Below, piece by piece: positions 23,011 through 35,228 of a stretch of DNA of 61,121 nucleotides (within the stretch, counting starts at the first letter, position 1; every line of letters starts with the position of its first letter). Made by a program: the position numbers and the translations under genes. The notes beneath the pieces are model-generated. The model searched no databases. It was given only the letters and a program-made list of their open reading frames with translations, and had not been told where the DNA came from. Source of the DNA: a virus (Duplodnaviria > Caudoviricetes); the IMG/VR virus record IMGVR_UViG_3300025848_000042, positions 1 through 61,121 of that record. The stretch is one strand, 5' to 3'.

Positions 23011-23905
23011 CTAAACTAAATCTCTTCAACGCATATTCAACAATAGTTTTGTGCTGGGGAATTGCAATTTTTTTGAACCTTATTTCTAATTGAAATAAAA
23101 TGAAATCAATTCATCTTTTATTTAATTCTTTATTTTCTTGTTCTCATAAATGGGAAATTGTAAAGAGTTTTCCAGTAAAAGAAACAGTTTGGTATGAACT
23201 TGAACCACGATATTATATTGCTGATAAATTGAAATGTATAAAATGTGGTGAAACAAAAATAAAGAAATATGATGGTAAAGATAAAAAGGACACTTGACGA
23301 ACTGGCACAGGGACACTCCAAATGCCCCTGTGATGCCTTATAATACTCTCATACACAAAGGAACTTCAAATGACTAAATGCGTTCGTGACGGAAAAAAAG
23401 ATAATGATTATTGGAATGTTGCTTGATTAACCGATGAGAGAAGAAACACAATCCTTTATTATTGTTGGAGTAATTGTTCTGGTGTTTATTGTTCTGTTTG
23501 CTTTTAGTTACAACTATGAGAAAACTGAATGTCTTGCCGAAGGTGGAAAATGGATTTCTGGTATGATTGGTGGTAATTATTCTTATTTTTGTATTCCAAA
23601 ATGAAATTCCCTAATTACGCACTTGGATTATTCACAGGTTTCTGCCTTGCAGGTCTGTACTTTATAATTCCTGGTATTATTGAAAGTTTTCAGCATTCAC
23701 CAGAACCACAAAAAATGCAGAGTACCTTTCAGGTTGTTGATAATTATGAAGGATGCGATGTTGTCCGTTGGAACAATCCTATGCTTGCTGAGTACAAGTA
23801 TTTCGTAAAGTGCCCGAAATGAGGGACACCTGAAGAACCGTCACACCAGGGCACCTATGAGTGTCCTTTATGGTCTATAATACTCTCATACACAAAGGAA
23901 CTCTT

Positions 23906-24463
23906 ATGAAAGTCAACGGTTACAAAATCAAACCCTTTGCTAACCTTCAGGGTGCTAACCTTTCTCGTGCTTACCTTGAGGGTGCTAATCTTGAGGGTGC
24001 TAACCTTGTGAATGCTAACCTTGAGGGTGCTTACCTTCGGGGTGCTAACCTTCGGGGTGCTGACTTTTATGGTGCTAATCTTGAGGGTGCTAACCTTATG
24101 GGTGCTGAACTTGAGGGTGCTAACCTTAGGGGTGCTATCCTTGATGGTGCTGACCTTAGGTATGCTATCCTTGATGGTGCTGACCTTAGGTATGCTATCC
24201 TTGATGGTGCTGACCTTAGGTATGCTATCCTTTGGAATGCTAACCTTCAGGGTGCTAACCTTCAGGGTGCTAACCTTTATTGTGCTAACCTTCGGGATGC
24301 TAACCTTGAGGGTGCTAACGTAACTGGAACCATTCTTGAGAAGAAAGAAGAACCTCAAGATGATACTTCACTTTCTCAAAAGGTCAAAGAACTTGAAGAA
24401 GAACTGAAGAAATATAAGAACAAATTCAATCAACTCAAAGAACTCTTAAATGAAACTCACTGA
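23906..24463 (+). CDS. Pentapeptide repeat protein with C-terminal coiled coil
   Basis: A(N/D)Lxx repeats with the same end caps as 21922-22557 (NGY.IKPFA, GTILEKK.EPQDD). Confidence 0.95.
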   Translation: MKVNGYKIKPFANLQGANLSRAYLEGANLEGANLVNANLEGAYLRGANLRGADFYGANLEGANLMGAELEGANLRGAILDGADLRYAILDGADLRYAILDGADLRYAILWNANLQGANLQGANLYCANLRDANLEGANVTGTILEKKEEPQDDTSLSQKVKELEEELKKYKNKFNQLKELLNETH

Positions 24464-27400
24464 AAAAGCACAAATCTATCGTAATGTATGGTGCTGTGCT
24501 TATCAACGAAGGTTTCTATATAAAGGAACTCCAAGAGAACGAAGAGAACACGAAACCATACTAATGTGTCTTAAAATGAAGAATGCAAAATGGTGGGAGT
24601 TTGATACAGAAAAACCGCATTTTATAGAACAATGAACTTCTCAAGACCACTACTGGGAACTGATAAAAATAAGGTGAAGATGTCCTGGTTGGAATATATT
24701 CTCTTTTCTTGTATTCAGCAAGGATGGATGAATTGTTGGTATGCCTTTCAACACTGGGGAGACCTGATGGGTAATAACTATCAGGATTATGCACTTCTAA
24801 AAACTGATGACCCACTAGAGCAGTGTATCTTATACTTTTGGGATAGTTTGGAAGAGGACATTTATCCCAAAGAGTTTATTGAGAGTTTGATGCAGATGAG
24901 TGAAGATGTAAGAACTGGTAAGGTAGAAACGGTTCCATTCACTAAAGATATGTTTGATAAACTTGATGACCTTGTGGGCGATATGATTGATGTTGATTTG
25001 AATGAGGAACTTAAAGATGAATGACGCTCATTATGGTCAAATAATCAATCATCATTATGATTGGATCAATATGCTTTCACGAATGAAAGATAAGAATCCA
25101 GAACGATTTAATAGTTTTAAATATTCCAACGAAACAATCTATCATTACATTGATAAACTTCAACACGAGCAGAATGTTTATGACTGATTTTGACGATTGG
25201 TTCTATGAAGTTATAGGTTATCATCTTCGTGCCGAAGAATTTTGGGATGATTTTGATTCCAAAAACCGTGATCGTATGATAGAATGGATGAAAGAAAGTT
25301 TTGATGCAGGGAGGATGTCTAATGGGACGACCAAAGAAAACTGAAAAAGTAGCACAAAAAGATCCTGCAGAAGAGTTTCCGTTTGATTTATTCCCTTGGA
25401 AATTGGTTTATAAGGACGGAAATGAACTGAAGAAGTGTTATTTTGATACTGAACACAATCGTCAAAAGCACATTGACCGATACAAACTCAAAAAAAGTGA
25501 AATCAAACTCTCATACAAATATGAGTGATAAAAAGGCAATTGTTATTTTTCTGATTGGTCTTGTAATACTTGACTTTATTATAATCGGTGGTATACTATG
25601 GAAGGGACACGCAAATTTTATTGAGGTTTATAAACATCTATGACTGAACGAACTTTTGTTGATAAGAATGGAAACTCCTGGAGTTTTGAAGAAACTCCCG
25701 AAACCATTCAGGCACTTAAGGAACTACATCAAACTGTAAAGGAAGTAAATGAACGAAAAGAAACTAATCGATGACTGCTTCTACATTCAAGAGAAAAAGT
25801 ATGGACTCTGGGACTCAACCGACCTTGAAGGCAATGGATTGGTCACATCTCTCACTGAAGACCAATGTATCGCAGCGACGAGATTTTATCTTAAAGGACG
25901 GCAGGAGGGTTTCCCTGAATCCCAAACTTATGAAGGGCAAGTAGGAGGTAAATTATGAGTGATACTGACCCAACAGCACCCTGGTACGAATTTATCTCAT
26001 ACATTAGGTCTTGTGAAAGTCTTGATATCGCACCATCTCTTCAAAGATATATGGCATATAGACGATATCTTAAATCTGTAGGTGTATTATGATTGCAACA
26101 AACTGGTTTCAAAAGAAATGGGGATTTGACGAACCTCTTATAATGGATGAACTCTACAAAAGAGTTTATGAGTTAGAAAAAGAAGTCATCACTCTCAAAG
26201 AGGAAAACATTGAGACCACGAATGTTCTTTATGAGATTATGGAAAACATTCGTGCTCTTGATGCTCGCATAGATATTGTTGCGAATACTGATAGTAAAGA
26301 TGTATAGTGACCTCAATGACTTTGAAAAAGCACTTTCACACTTTGGTACAAGAGTTGATATCATCATTGCCCTTGAAATGGGTGGAAAAATTGACTCCTT
26401 ATCTGCCTATAAAGAAATCAAGGCAGAACTCAAAGAACTCAAAAAGGCAAAGAAGCAATACGGAAAGGACATGTAGTAAATGTGGTGGGACAAAACCATT
26501 AGATTTGAATAATTTTCAAAAAGTTAAGATCTTTAAAGAAGGATTTAGTTTTTATTGTAATGACTGTGCAAAACCAAAACCAAGAGATTGATTCTCTCAA
26601 AATTTCACAAAACGAAGATGGGTCTTATACAATGGATTGGGACTCACAAGACCCAAATTGGAAGTGGTTGAACGGGTTGACCTCAAAGGAAATCCAGGTT
26701 ATTATGGAGCAAGCAATCAAGGACTATCACAATGAATGATTACAAAAAGTATTCTCTTTCCCAACTTGAAAACTGGGTTTATGATGCACTCTCTGCGGCA
26801 GAGGCAACACCACATGAAATTTATGATGTAATTAAAGGAGTAGTTGAAGAAACTTATTATCATCATAAGCATCATGCTAGCATTTCATATGAACTTCTTG
26901 CACTATTGAATGGTAATGGAAAAGGACACATCAGTTCTTATGAGAAACCTTTTGTATGTGATAAGGATGACCCATCACCAGAATGTAAAGGTGCCTGGAA
27001 TGATTTTTGGGAAAACAAATCCTCTCAAGACGAATATAAAGGTTCAACTGTAAGTAGTGTTCAAAATATAGAAGAAAAATGTCGTGAGTATAACCTGAGT
27101 GAGGCAGAGTATTATGATAAGCAAGCAAAACTTTATATGAATTATCAAGAGGCAATTTCCTCTGGTTGGAAAATGACTGATGATGGTTTTTGGACTCCAC
27201 CAGAGAAAAAAAATAAGGTAATGAAATGGCAACTTCCTGTTGAAATGGATCCAAGTGGTGAATATTATGTTCTATTCCCAGATGATCTTCTAGAAGCAGC
27301 AAATCTCACTGAAGGTGATAAAGTAGAATGGATTTCTAATGATGACGGGTCTTATACTCTTCGTAAGATTACAGAACCAATTTCAATGGATGAGTGTTGA

Positions 27401-28687
27401 TGATAGAGTTTTTACTCTGTTGGAGTAACATTTTTTGTCATATAAAAAATGTTAATACCCAATCCCAGACGAACCAATCTGTGATAAAATACTATGAGGC
27501 AGGTAAGTCCTGTTATGTAAACGGAATCTTTTATACAAAATGTGAGGAATCAAATGGCACTAAGTGAATCAGTTACAGAAAGTTTGAAAGATGCAGAGCA
27601 ATCTCTGCGAAATTCTCTTGCTTATGCTGCAAGGCAAGAACGACCTATGGTATGTTTTGTGATTGCTGACTTGATTAGTCGCATTGAATCTCTTCAGGCA
27701 ACTGATTCTTTGCTTGATAAATTAGAAACTCGCAGACCAGGGGATTCGGGATTTTTTGGTACATTTTTTAATAAGGAATGAAATGAAAACTAATTTATTT
27801 GATAAAATTTTTGAGATTCAAAAAAAGATTGATGCGGTTACTCTCTCAAAATATGAGGGTGTAGATCAGGGAATGTTTGTTCCTCAAGAAGACCAAAATA
27901 CTTATTGGAGAGACAATTCTTATTGGAATGATGAAGAGACTGTATATTCTTTTCGTTTTTCAACAAATGGTGATTATGAGGGAGATCTACCACCTGATTG
28001 TGCATTAGATATCATGATGATTTTGGAGTCTTATAAGAAATGACAGAACCTAATCAATTTGGAAAGGCACTTCAAGAATGGTGGGACAGTGATGCCTTCA
28101 AACAACTTCAAAAAGAAAATGAGGAAGCAAAGCAACGTGCTGTAGGAAAGTATTTTATGCTTCCTGAGCAAGATAAACTTGATATGGTTCAGGCAATCTG
28201 TTTGATTATGTGTAATGCCGAAAAGGAAGGTTGTAGTCACAGAGGTCTAATGGATAAACTTGGAATTTATCCTAGCGGTTTTTTTGTTTCTGAATTAATG
28301 ACAGTACACAACTCACTCTGGGGATATTATCACGATAAGAAAGTAGAAAAAGAACTCAAAGATGATCTTGATGCTCTTGAAGATTTTGTAAAGAAAGATT
28401 AAGCAATCCCAAAGAAAGTGTTAAAATAATACATAATTATATGCTTAAATGCTAACATTGGGACACATCGCAAAAACACTATGACGCTCTCAAAAACAGG
28501 AACTGCCGAACTGACGAAGGAAGAATGGGACGAACTTGTAGCACTTAAAGATGCTATAACTTACCGTCCACAGTCAGTTTCTGCTGAAAAAATGGAAAAA
28601 TTCACTGAACTAATGGTTCGATCTCTTGAGGGTAAATGCGATCCACCTGCACCAAAAAACTGGAGAGGATCTTCTCTGAGTGAATAA
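24450..28687 (+). other. Cluster of short hypothetical CDSs (e.g. 24450-24635, 24632-25024, 25749-25958, 26089-26307, 27554-27781, 28040-28402, 28481-28687)
   Basis: Coupled + strand ORFs. This stretch contains no early modules. Confidence 0.65.
26732..27400 (+). CDS. Hypothetical protein with C-terminal AbrB/MazE-like DNA-binding domain
   Basis: GEYYVLFPDDLLEAANLTEGDKVEW...GSYTLRK fits the swapped-hairpin pattern. Confidence 0.6.
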   Translation: MNDYKKYSLSQLENWVYDALSAAEATPHEIYDVIKGVVEETYYHHKHHASISYELLALLNGNGKGHISSYEKPFVCDKDDPSPECKGAWNDFWENKSSQDEYKGSTVSSVQNIEEKCREYNLSEAEYYDKQAKLYMNYQEAISSGWKMTDDGFWTPPEKKNKVMKWQLPVEMDPSGEYYVLFPDDLLEAANLTEGDKVEWISNDDGSYTLRKITEPISMDEC

Positions 28688-28716
28688 AAAATAAATAGAT
28701 TATACGCAATAAAACT

Positions 28717-28929
28717 ATGGAAAACATCGACCAACACATTCAAAAAGACAAAGACATTCTTAATGACCCCACAATTTCACCACAAGCAAGAAGACATACA
28801 GAAGAAGAACTTGAGGCATTGAAGATTTATAAAGAGAATCATCCTGGTGATGACCATGATCCCACTGCACTTGAACTCTATTGTGACACACATCCTGATG
28901 CTTCTGAATGTAGAGTATATAACGACTGA
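28717..28929 (+). CDS. cp12: CP12 Calvin-cycle inhibitor (auxiliary metabolic gene)
   Basis: C-terminal LELYCDTHPDASECRVYND is the CP12 signature. Late-type AATAAATA lies upstream. Confidence 0.85.
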   Translation: MENIDQHIQKDKDILNDPTISPQARRHTEEELEALKIYKENHPGDDHDPTALELYCDTHPDASECRVYND

Positions 28930-29012
28930 GCGGGACACTTTAACAACTGGCACACGGAGGGTTCTCAGGTCACTGGGAACCCTTTATAATATGAGCAGTT
29001 CACAAGGAACCA

Positions 29013-29366
29013 ATGACCACCACCTTCGCTGATTACTCCGCTTCTGCCGAGGCACGGAACACCATCCATCTTAATATTGTTAAGTATGGTCTGATGCTGT
29101 GTGATGCTCTCCAGCAAGATGCTCCTGATGGTTATCATTACTCTCTGGACTCTTCTGGTCGTAAATATCATAAAATCTTTATGCATATTGGTAATCGTCG
29201 TGATAGTATTCATGCCTTCATTGACAAGAAAACTGGTTCTGTATACAAACCTGCAAGCATTAAGGCACCTGTTAAGGATGAGCGTTACAATGTATTGATT
29301 ATCAACTCCCGTGAACAAATGCTTGAGAATGCAACATGGCACGGATCCTACCTTTACAAGCGATGA
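29013..29366 (+). CDS. Hypothetical phage protein
   Basis: Clean ORF after an early module; GRKYHKI...HAFIDKKTGSVYKPAS motif. Confidence 0.7.
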   Translation: MTTTFADYSASAEARNTIHLNIVKYGLMLCDALQQDAPDGYHYSLDSSGRKYHKIFMHIGNRRDSIHAFIDKKTGSVYKPASIKAPVKDERYNVLIINSREQMLENATWHGSYLYKR

Positions 29367-29651
29367 AAACTTTACTTCTTCTTTCTCTTACACTCCTCCC
29401 ATTACCTGCATCCGCAATCACATGGGGAGAGTTCTGGGCACCATTTACCTATGATCGTGTTCCCACAAGGTATTATGAACCCATGTGTCGGCGTCGTATC
29501 TATCATGAAGAGTACATTCCTGGTGATCGATGGAATCCAGGATATGTGAGATCGTGGTCTGAATGGATTTTTGTTCCTTGTGATTATTGATGACTACATT
29601 TGATAAGATTATTTTTCTTTCTTCATTCATTTTATTTTTGCATTGGAGTTC

Positions 29652-30128
29652 ATGTCTAACATCATTCATTATGGATACGGTTATTCTAAACGCCTCTGTG
29701 AGGATGTTGCCTGTTGGTTTTTCAATCAATTTCTAACAGAATCAAATGTGATTGTAGATATTCAACATCGTGGCATGAAGCGTGAGAGTGCTTATGGATA
29801 TTGCAGTTATGATGGTGAAATAGGCATCTTTTCACAATACTCAATTGAACTTGATACTCATATGAATAAGGAGTTGTATATAAAATCTCTTTTTCATGAA
29901 CTAACGCATATGAAGCAATGGGAGGATGGTTCTCTGCAGATGTGTGATGGAAAAATGTGTTATTATAAAGAACCAGTGGATAATTACCGATATGATCATC
30001 AACCTCATGAAATTGAGGCACGGGAACAAGAAGAAACCTTATATCTGGAGTACATGAAGTATAAAAACCTTGTGCCAGTTGGAAAAGTGGTACAGTTCTT
30101 CCCCAACCGCCTGATGCAGGCAGTATAA
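29652..30128 (+). CDS. Putative zincin metallopeptidase
   Basis: HELTH (HExxH) plus downstream PHEIEA. Confidence 0.65.
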   Translation: MSNIIHYGYGYSKRLCEDVACWFFNQFLTESNVIVDIQHRGMKRESAYGYCSYDGEIGIFSQYSIELDTHMNKELYIKSLFHELTHMKQWEDGSLQMCDGKMCYYKEPVDNYRYDHQPHEIEAREQEETLYLEYMKYKNLVPVGKVVQFFPNRLMQAV

Positions 30129-30589
30129 TTACAAGGTAATCAAGAGAACTCAATGAAACCCATTTCATTCACCTCTGGGCAACTTCTGGATATTATCGCC
30201 ATTCTTGAAGAGAAAGAGAATGATCTCTTTGATAATGGTGATAAGGCACTCTCCATCTACTATATGCAGATGGGTATGCAATTTCAGCGTATGTACGATC
30301 GTCTGCAGAGTCTTCCTGGCGAACATCGTGTTGCCGAACTGGTGATGCCTACTTCCGAAAACACATCCAACTGAATTATGTCACTCTCCAATCAAACTAT
30401 TAACAATCTTGCATCCGCTCTGACTTCTGAAGTGATTGATTATATCTATCAGGATGATCGGTGGTGTGATTTTATGCATGAGATTATTCCTGATGCTCTG
30501 GATGACAAACTGGGACCAATTGATGAGGACTTGAAATATGAACTTGCTGTGTGTATAATGGATCGTATCTGTTTCAAAAAAGTTTGATC

Positions 30590-30904
30590 ATGATTGAAAC
30601 TTTGATTGCTGGACTGACCTGCGGAATCACCACATTCTATGGATTGGGTGATGGTTTTCATGGACAGCGTACTGCAAATGGTGAAACCTTTAATGCTTAT
30701 AATTGGACTGCTGCTCATCCTTACCTTCCTATGGGAACTAAGATTAGAGTTACAAACCAAGACAACGGAAAACAAGTCATTGTAAGAATCAATGACCGTG
30801 GACCATATTCTCATGCTGATCTGGATCTGTCTTATGCTGCTTTTGCTCACATTGAATCAACCCGAAAAGGAAATGCTACTGTTTGTTGGAGAGTGATTGG
30901 ATGA
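30590..30904 (+). CDS. rlpA: RlpA-like double-psi beta-barrel lytic transglycosylase
   Basis: GFHGQRTANGE, TAAHPYLPMGT, VRINDRGP, DLS..AF. Confidence 0.85.
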   Translation: MIETLIAGLTCGITTFYGLGDGFHGQRTANGETFNAYNWTAAHPYLPMGTKIRVTNQDNGKQVIVRINDRGPYSHADLDLSYAAFAHIESTRKGNATVCWRVIG

Positions 30905-31272
30905 AAAAACTACTTCTTGCTGCTACAATTCTTATTGCGAATCCTGCATTTGCAACACCAGAACAAACATATCGACCATTCACTTATGAGACTCCATGTG
31001 CTCTGGAAAATAAAGATGAGTTTGTGATGGACATTTGTAAGGTTGTTGAAACTCGTGAAAAAGGTGGAGCACTTCGGACTCGTAATATTTTCAGCAATCG
31101 GTTTGCACTAACTATCAAAGGACGATTTGATAAAGAAAAAGGGTATATGACTTGGGATTCTCATAACAAGTTTGAATACAAATGGGAATATAAAGTCGGT
31201 GGAGTTGACGGTATTGGTGCCTGGACAATGGTAATGCCTGGGGTTCTTGTGCAGAATGTGAGTTGGGATTGA
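30901..31272 (+). CDS. Hypothetical protein with signal peptide
   Basis: MKKLLLAATILIANPAFA leader. Confidence 0.65.
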   Translation: MKKLLLAATILIANPAFATPEQTYRPFTYETPCALENKDEFVMDICKVVETREKGGALRTRNIFSNRFALTIKGRFDKEKGYMTWDSHNKFEYKWEYKVGGVDGIGAWTMVMPGVLVQNVSWD

Positions 31273-31351
31273 AGACACTTAAAGAACTGTCACACTACCT
31301 CTTCACAGGGGTGGTGTTTTGCCTTATAATACTCTCATACACACAAAGGAA

Positions 31352-32461
31352 ATGACTATCCGCAAACTCGCCAGCATCGCTGAAATCACTTACATCAAAC
31401 CTATCGAAGGTGCTGATGCTATTGAATGTGCCATCGTGAATGGTGGATGGCCCGTAGTGGTCAAGAAAGGTGAGTATCAAGTTGGTGATGTTGCCATCTA
31501 TCTTGAGATTGATAGTTGGGTGCCTCACGAACTTGCTCCTTTCCTGAGTAAGGATAAAGAACCCCGTGAATATAACGGTGTGAAGGGTGAGCGTCTGAAA
31601 ACTGTAAAACTCCGTGGTCAAATCAGTCAGGGTCTTCTGCTTCCTCTTACGATACCTTCCAACTATGATGAAGAACCTGCTTACGTCCACGAACCTGTTG
31701 GAGACCAAAGTAGGTGTTATATTCTTTATAACAATCTTGGTGATGATGTAACAGAAGAACTGGGTATTCAGAAGTGGGAACCACCTATCCCTGCTCAACT
31801 TCAAGGCACGATGAAGGGTAACTTCCCTCACTTCATTCCTAAAACTGACCAAGAACGTTGTCAGAATCTTCGTAAGGAAATCTTTGAGGAACACAAAGGT
31901 GAAACTTATGAAGTAACTACCAAACTTGATGGTAGTAGTATGACTGTGTATGTCAAGAATGGTGAGATTGGTGTCTGTTCGAGGAATATTGACCTGATTG
32001 AAACTGAGGGTAATAGTTTCTGGAAGGCAGCACGGGAACAGAATATCGTTGATGCTTTGCTGGAAATCAGTAAGGATAAAGGGGAAGAGTATGCCATTCA
32101 AGGTGAACTAATTGGTGAGGGTATTCAGGGTAATCCTGAGAAACTCAAAGGTCAACGTTTCTACCTGTTTGACATCTACAGTATCACTGAGAGTCGTTAT
32201 CTGAAACCTCAAGAACGATACAGCATTATGGATAAGATGTATCTCAACTATGATGCTGATGTTGAACATGTCCCCTTTATTGACACTGTTTGTGGTGTCA
32301 CTAACGAATTCAGCACGATTGATGATCTTCTGGCATTTGCCGAAGGTCCATCGCTGAACCCTCAAACTAAGCGTGAGGGTCTGGTATTCAAGTCGTATGA
32401 TAGTGATTTCACTTTCAAGGCAATTTCTAACTCGTATCTTCTGAAGCACAAGGATCGCTGA
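31352..32461 (+). CDS. ATP-dependent RNA ligase (DRB0094/Rnl2-like) with N-terminal OB-like domain
   Basis: Motif I KLDG, IQGELIG, FYLFDI, REGLVFK, FKAISN.YLLK. Confidence 0.9.
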   Translation: MTIRKLASIAEITYIKPIEGADAIECAIVNGGWPVVVKKGEYQVGDVAIYLEIDSWVPHELAPFLSKDKEPREYNGVKGERLKTVKLRGQISQGLLLPLTIPSNYDEEPAYVHEPVGDQSRCYILYNNLGDDVTEELGIQKWEPPIPAQLQGTMKGNFPHFIPKTDQERCQNLRKEIFEEHKGETYEVTTKLDGSSMTVYVKNGEIGVCSRNIDLIETEGNSFWKAAREQNIVDALLEISKDKGEEYAIQGELIGEGIQGNPEKLKGQRFYLFDIYSITESRYLKPQERYSIMDKMYLNYDADVEHVPFIDTVCGVTNEFSTIDDLLAFAEGPSLNPQTKREGLVFKSYDSDFTFKAISNSYLLKHKDR

Positions 32462-33259
32462 GGACACTCAGAGAACTGGCACACTGAGGCACTCACGGGT
32501 GCCTCTTGTGGTCTATAATACATTCGTACACACAAAGGACTGATGACTGACCCTACCCCACTCTCCCCCGCCGCCCAGGCGGTGCTGGATGCTGCCCATG
32601 ATGTCATCCCTGACACTTCCGCTGGCGAAGTGCGTGCCATCGCCGCCGCCCTGCGTGCTGTTGCCATGGAAGTCGTACTTAACAAGTATCAATACGCCGA
32701 TTGGCAGATGGCGGAAATGATTATGCAAGAAATTCAAGCCATCGCTGACGAACTGGAATCTCAATGAATCCTAAGTATCTAATCTTTACCATTTCCGCTC
32801 TCATTGTAGTATTTGGATTTAATGCCTTTCTGATTCAAAGAGACAAAAAACTCTTTGAATCTTACTACAACGGACAATCAGAGTATTGTAAAACGATTGG
32901 TTGCGAAAACGAAAAACTTTACTCCCCTGCAAAATGAGTTCTAACGACATTCAACAGTTTTTTAATGCACTCAAAGACTTCCTCCAACATGCTGAAACTG
33001 AATTGAATGCTTATGAGAAGCGTCAAGAGGCATGTAAGTATTCTGAAGAAGTCTGGGATAAAGAAATTGAATATCTTGCCGCAAAGTATGAGGTAACAGC
33101 GGACTACATCATTGAGGAGTTTATGATTTGACAGAAAAATCAAAACTTCTTCTTGCCCTTCAGCAGATTGAAAGTCTTTTGACTCTTTTGGAAGGCAATG
33201 AGTATCAGCGTCATCTTTATTCGCATCTTATTTCAGTTCAGGTTGAATTGAATCGACAG

Positions 33260-33288
33260 TTGACAAATCAATCACATTCATCTAAAAT
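33260..33288 (+). promoter_or_regulatory. Host sigma70-type promoter
   Basis: TTGACA-N17-TAAAAT before ORF 33312. Confidence 0.7.
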
Positions 33289-34571
33289 CAAGGAGTAATT
33301 TACACAAACCAATGAAGTATCTTTACATTGTTGACCTCTGGATTCCATATCCTGCTGCTGATACTGGACTTGTAACTCTAATTGCAGAATCTGATACAGA
33401 GGCATTTGAGATTCTGGCAAATTCAGAAGAATTCGACTCAACTTATACGAATTTGATTATGCCAAAGATTATGACATCTCAAAAGTTTGCGCTGGTTGAT
33501 GATTATCAATCCGGCATTGTGGAGGCACTAGTTGTATGAATCAACTGTATCGTATTGAAGAACTGTTCACGAATGGTTGGGAACTCATTGATGAATCCGC
33601 TCAGAAACTGACAAAAGAACAGTGTGATCTCAGACTTCGTGATTATTTGAATCAGGGATATAATCCAAACTATCTTCGGGCAGTGATCGATGTACATTCC
33701 GAAGATCAATGATTATGTAAAATGGTCTAAGGGTGTTGAAGGTTGGATTTATTTCAAGGATTCTGACTACATTACGATCGAAGTTCTTGTCAAACCAAAA
33801 GATGAGATTAACTACAAAGCCTCACCGATTCATGCAAACAATCGTCTTTTGGTTCTTTGTTATTCAAATCAGTGGCACGAACTTCATTATATAAAATCCA
33901 GAGAATCAATTTATGAAGACTAAAAATGCCTGGAGATGGTGGGCAAAGGCAATTGGTGAAAAGGCATCAAAGAATGATAAGGAATCCGATATTGTTGCAA
34001 TCATTCGTACAGTCATCTTTGCCACCTATTTTATTACAAACTCCTTCATTGTTGCAGGTGTGATTCGACATTGGAACGATTCTAAAGTTATTGAAATTCA
34101 TTATGAAATACCAGGTTACTTACAACAAAATCAAGAAAAAGGGACAATCTAAACAGAGTGCGGTCTTTTATAAAATTGAAGATGCCTCCATGTGGGAAAA
34201 ACATGTCATTCAACAGGGTTGTATTAATGTCGAAATTGTTCCAATCTTCTGATTTCAAACTTCTCATTATCTGTTTCATGGTCGGTATTGTTCTTGCATT
34301 TATTTTTTGATTCTTATGGAAACTCCAATGATTGAACTGAATGAAAACAATTATTGTGATCAAAAACCCATCATAATGTCGTTTTCATTTGAGGAGCACG
34401 ATCTTCTCAATAGTATGCTGAATCACTTTCTTGACATTTATGATTTTGTCGGATATGGGGAGATTTATGATCTGCCAGAGAATTCAGAACTCAAGAAGCG
34501 TTATAATATGATTCTGGAAATGAAAGAACGCTCTCATGTTCTGTGGGCACATCGTTTTGATCATCCTCCTT

Positions 34572-35006
34572 ATGACAATGGCAACCAAATCTCCTCTAAA
34601 AACTGAAATTCTACAACAGGCGATTGCGGTTGCCATGTCTTCTGATGCTCCAAAGAAAATTGGTGCGATTCTTCTCAAAAGAAATCGCACCATTTCATGT
34701 GCCGTCAATGATTATAAAAGAACTCATCCGGTTCAGTACTGGGCGGCACAAAGCGCGGCAAAGATCTGGAATAATCCACATCTTGAAAAGAAGGTATATC
34801 TTCATGCCGAAATTCTAAGTTTAATCAAGGCAAAGGAAGATGCCGATACGATTATTGTTTGTAGAGTTGGTGGACATCACGGAAATGAACTTCGTATGAG
34901 TCGTCCATGTGTGATTTGTTCTGAATATATTCGAAATTGTAGTCATATTGTTCATGTTCATTATTCCACCGAGAACGGATTCATGTATGAGTACTGGGGA
35001 TCATAA
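34572..35006 (+). CDS. Cytidine/dCMP deaminase-like zinc protein
   Basis: HAE and PCVIC motifs. Confidence 0.75.
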   Translation: MTMATKSPLKTEILQQAIAVAMSSDAPKKIGAILLKRNRTISCAVNDYKRTHPVQYWAAQSAAKIWNNPHLEKKVYLHAEILSLIKAKEDADTIIVCRVGGHHGNELRMSRPCVICSEYIRNCSHIVHVHYSTENGFMYEYWGS

Positions 35007-35009
35007 ATA
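35002..35009 (+). promoter_or_regulatory. Late promoter (second copy at 35198-35205)
   Basis: CATAAATA directly before ORFs 35020 and 35229. Confidence 0.7.
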
Positions 35010-35019
35010 TCAATAAAAA

Positions 35020-35202
35020 ATGAAAACATTTTCACAGTTTCTTGAGGATACTGGTACTGGTAACTATGGTTCTTATGTGGATGAAAGAAAAAGACGAATA
35101 ACAAATAAACCCTCTCCAACACAAGAATATAAGGAAAGAAGATTGGCATATATGCTTCAAAAAGACCTACCTCCACCAGAGTATAGGTCATCTGCAACAT
35201 AA
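35020..35202 (+). CDS. Putative internal head protein
   Basis: N-terminal MKTFSQFLE resembles the T4 capsid-targeting sequence. Confidence 0.6.
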   Translation: MKTFSQFLEDTGTGNYGSYVDERKRRITNKPSPTQEYKERRLAYMLQKDLPPPEYRSSAT

Positions 35203-35228
35203 ATATCTAAAAAGTATTTGTGTAAAAG

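Noticed and set aside
6327-23906. Conserved flanks around a ~30 nt variable segment, read as a CRISPR-like array
   Set aside because: Units are separated by whole genes, the variable part is a hairpin ahead of a -10 box, and no cas genes are present.
23855-24358. Minus-strand KVSTL-repeat ORF and shifted-frame VLTLR ORFs
   Set aside because: Shadows of the pentapeptide repeat genes.
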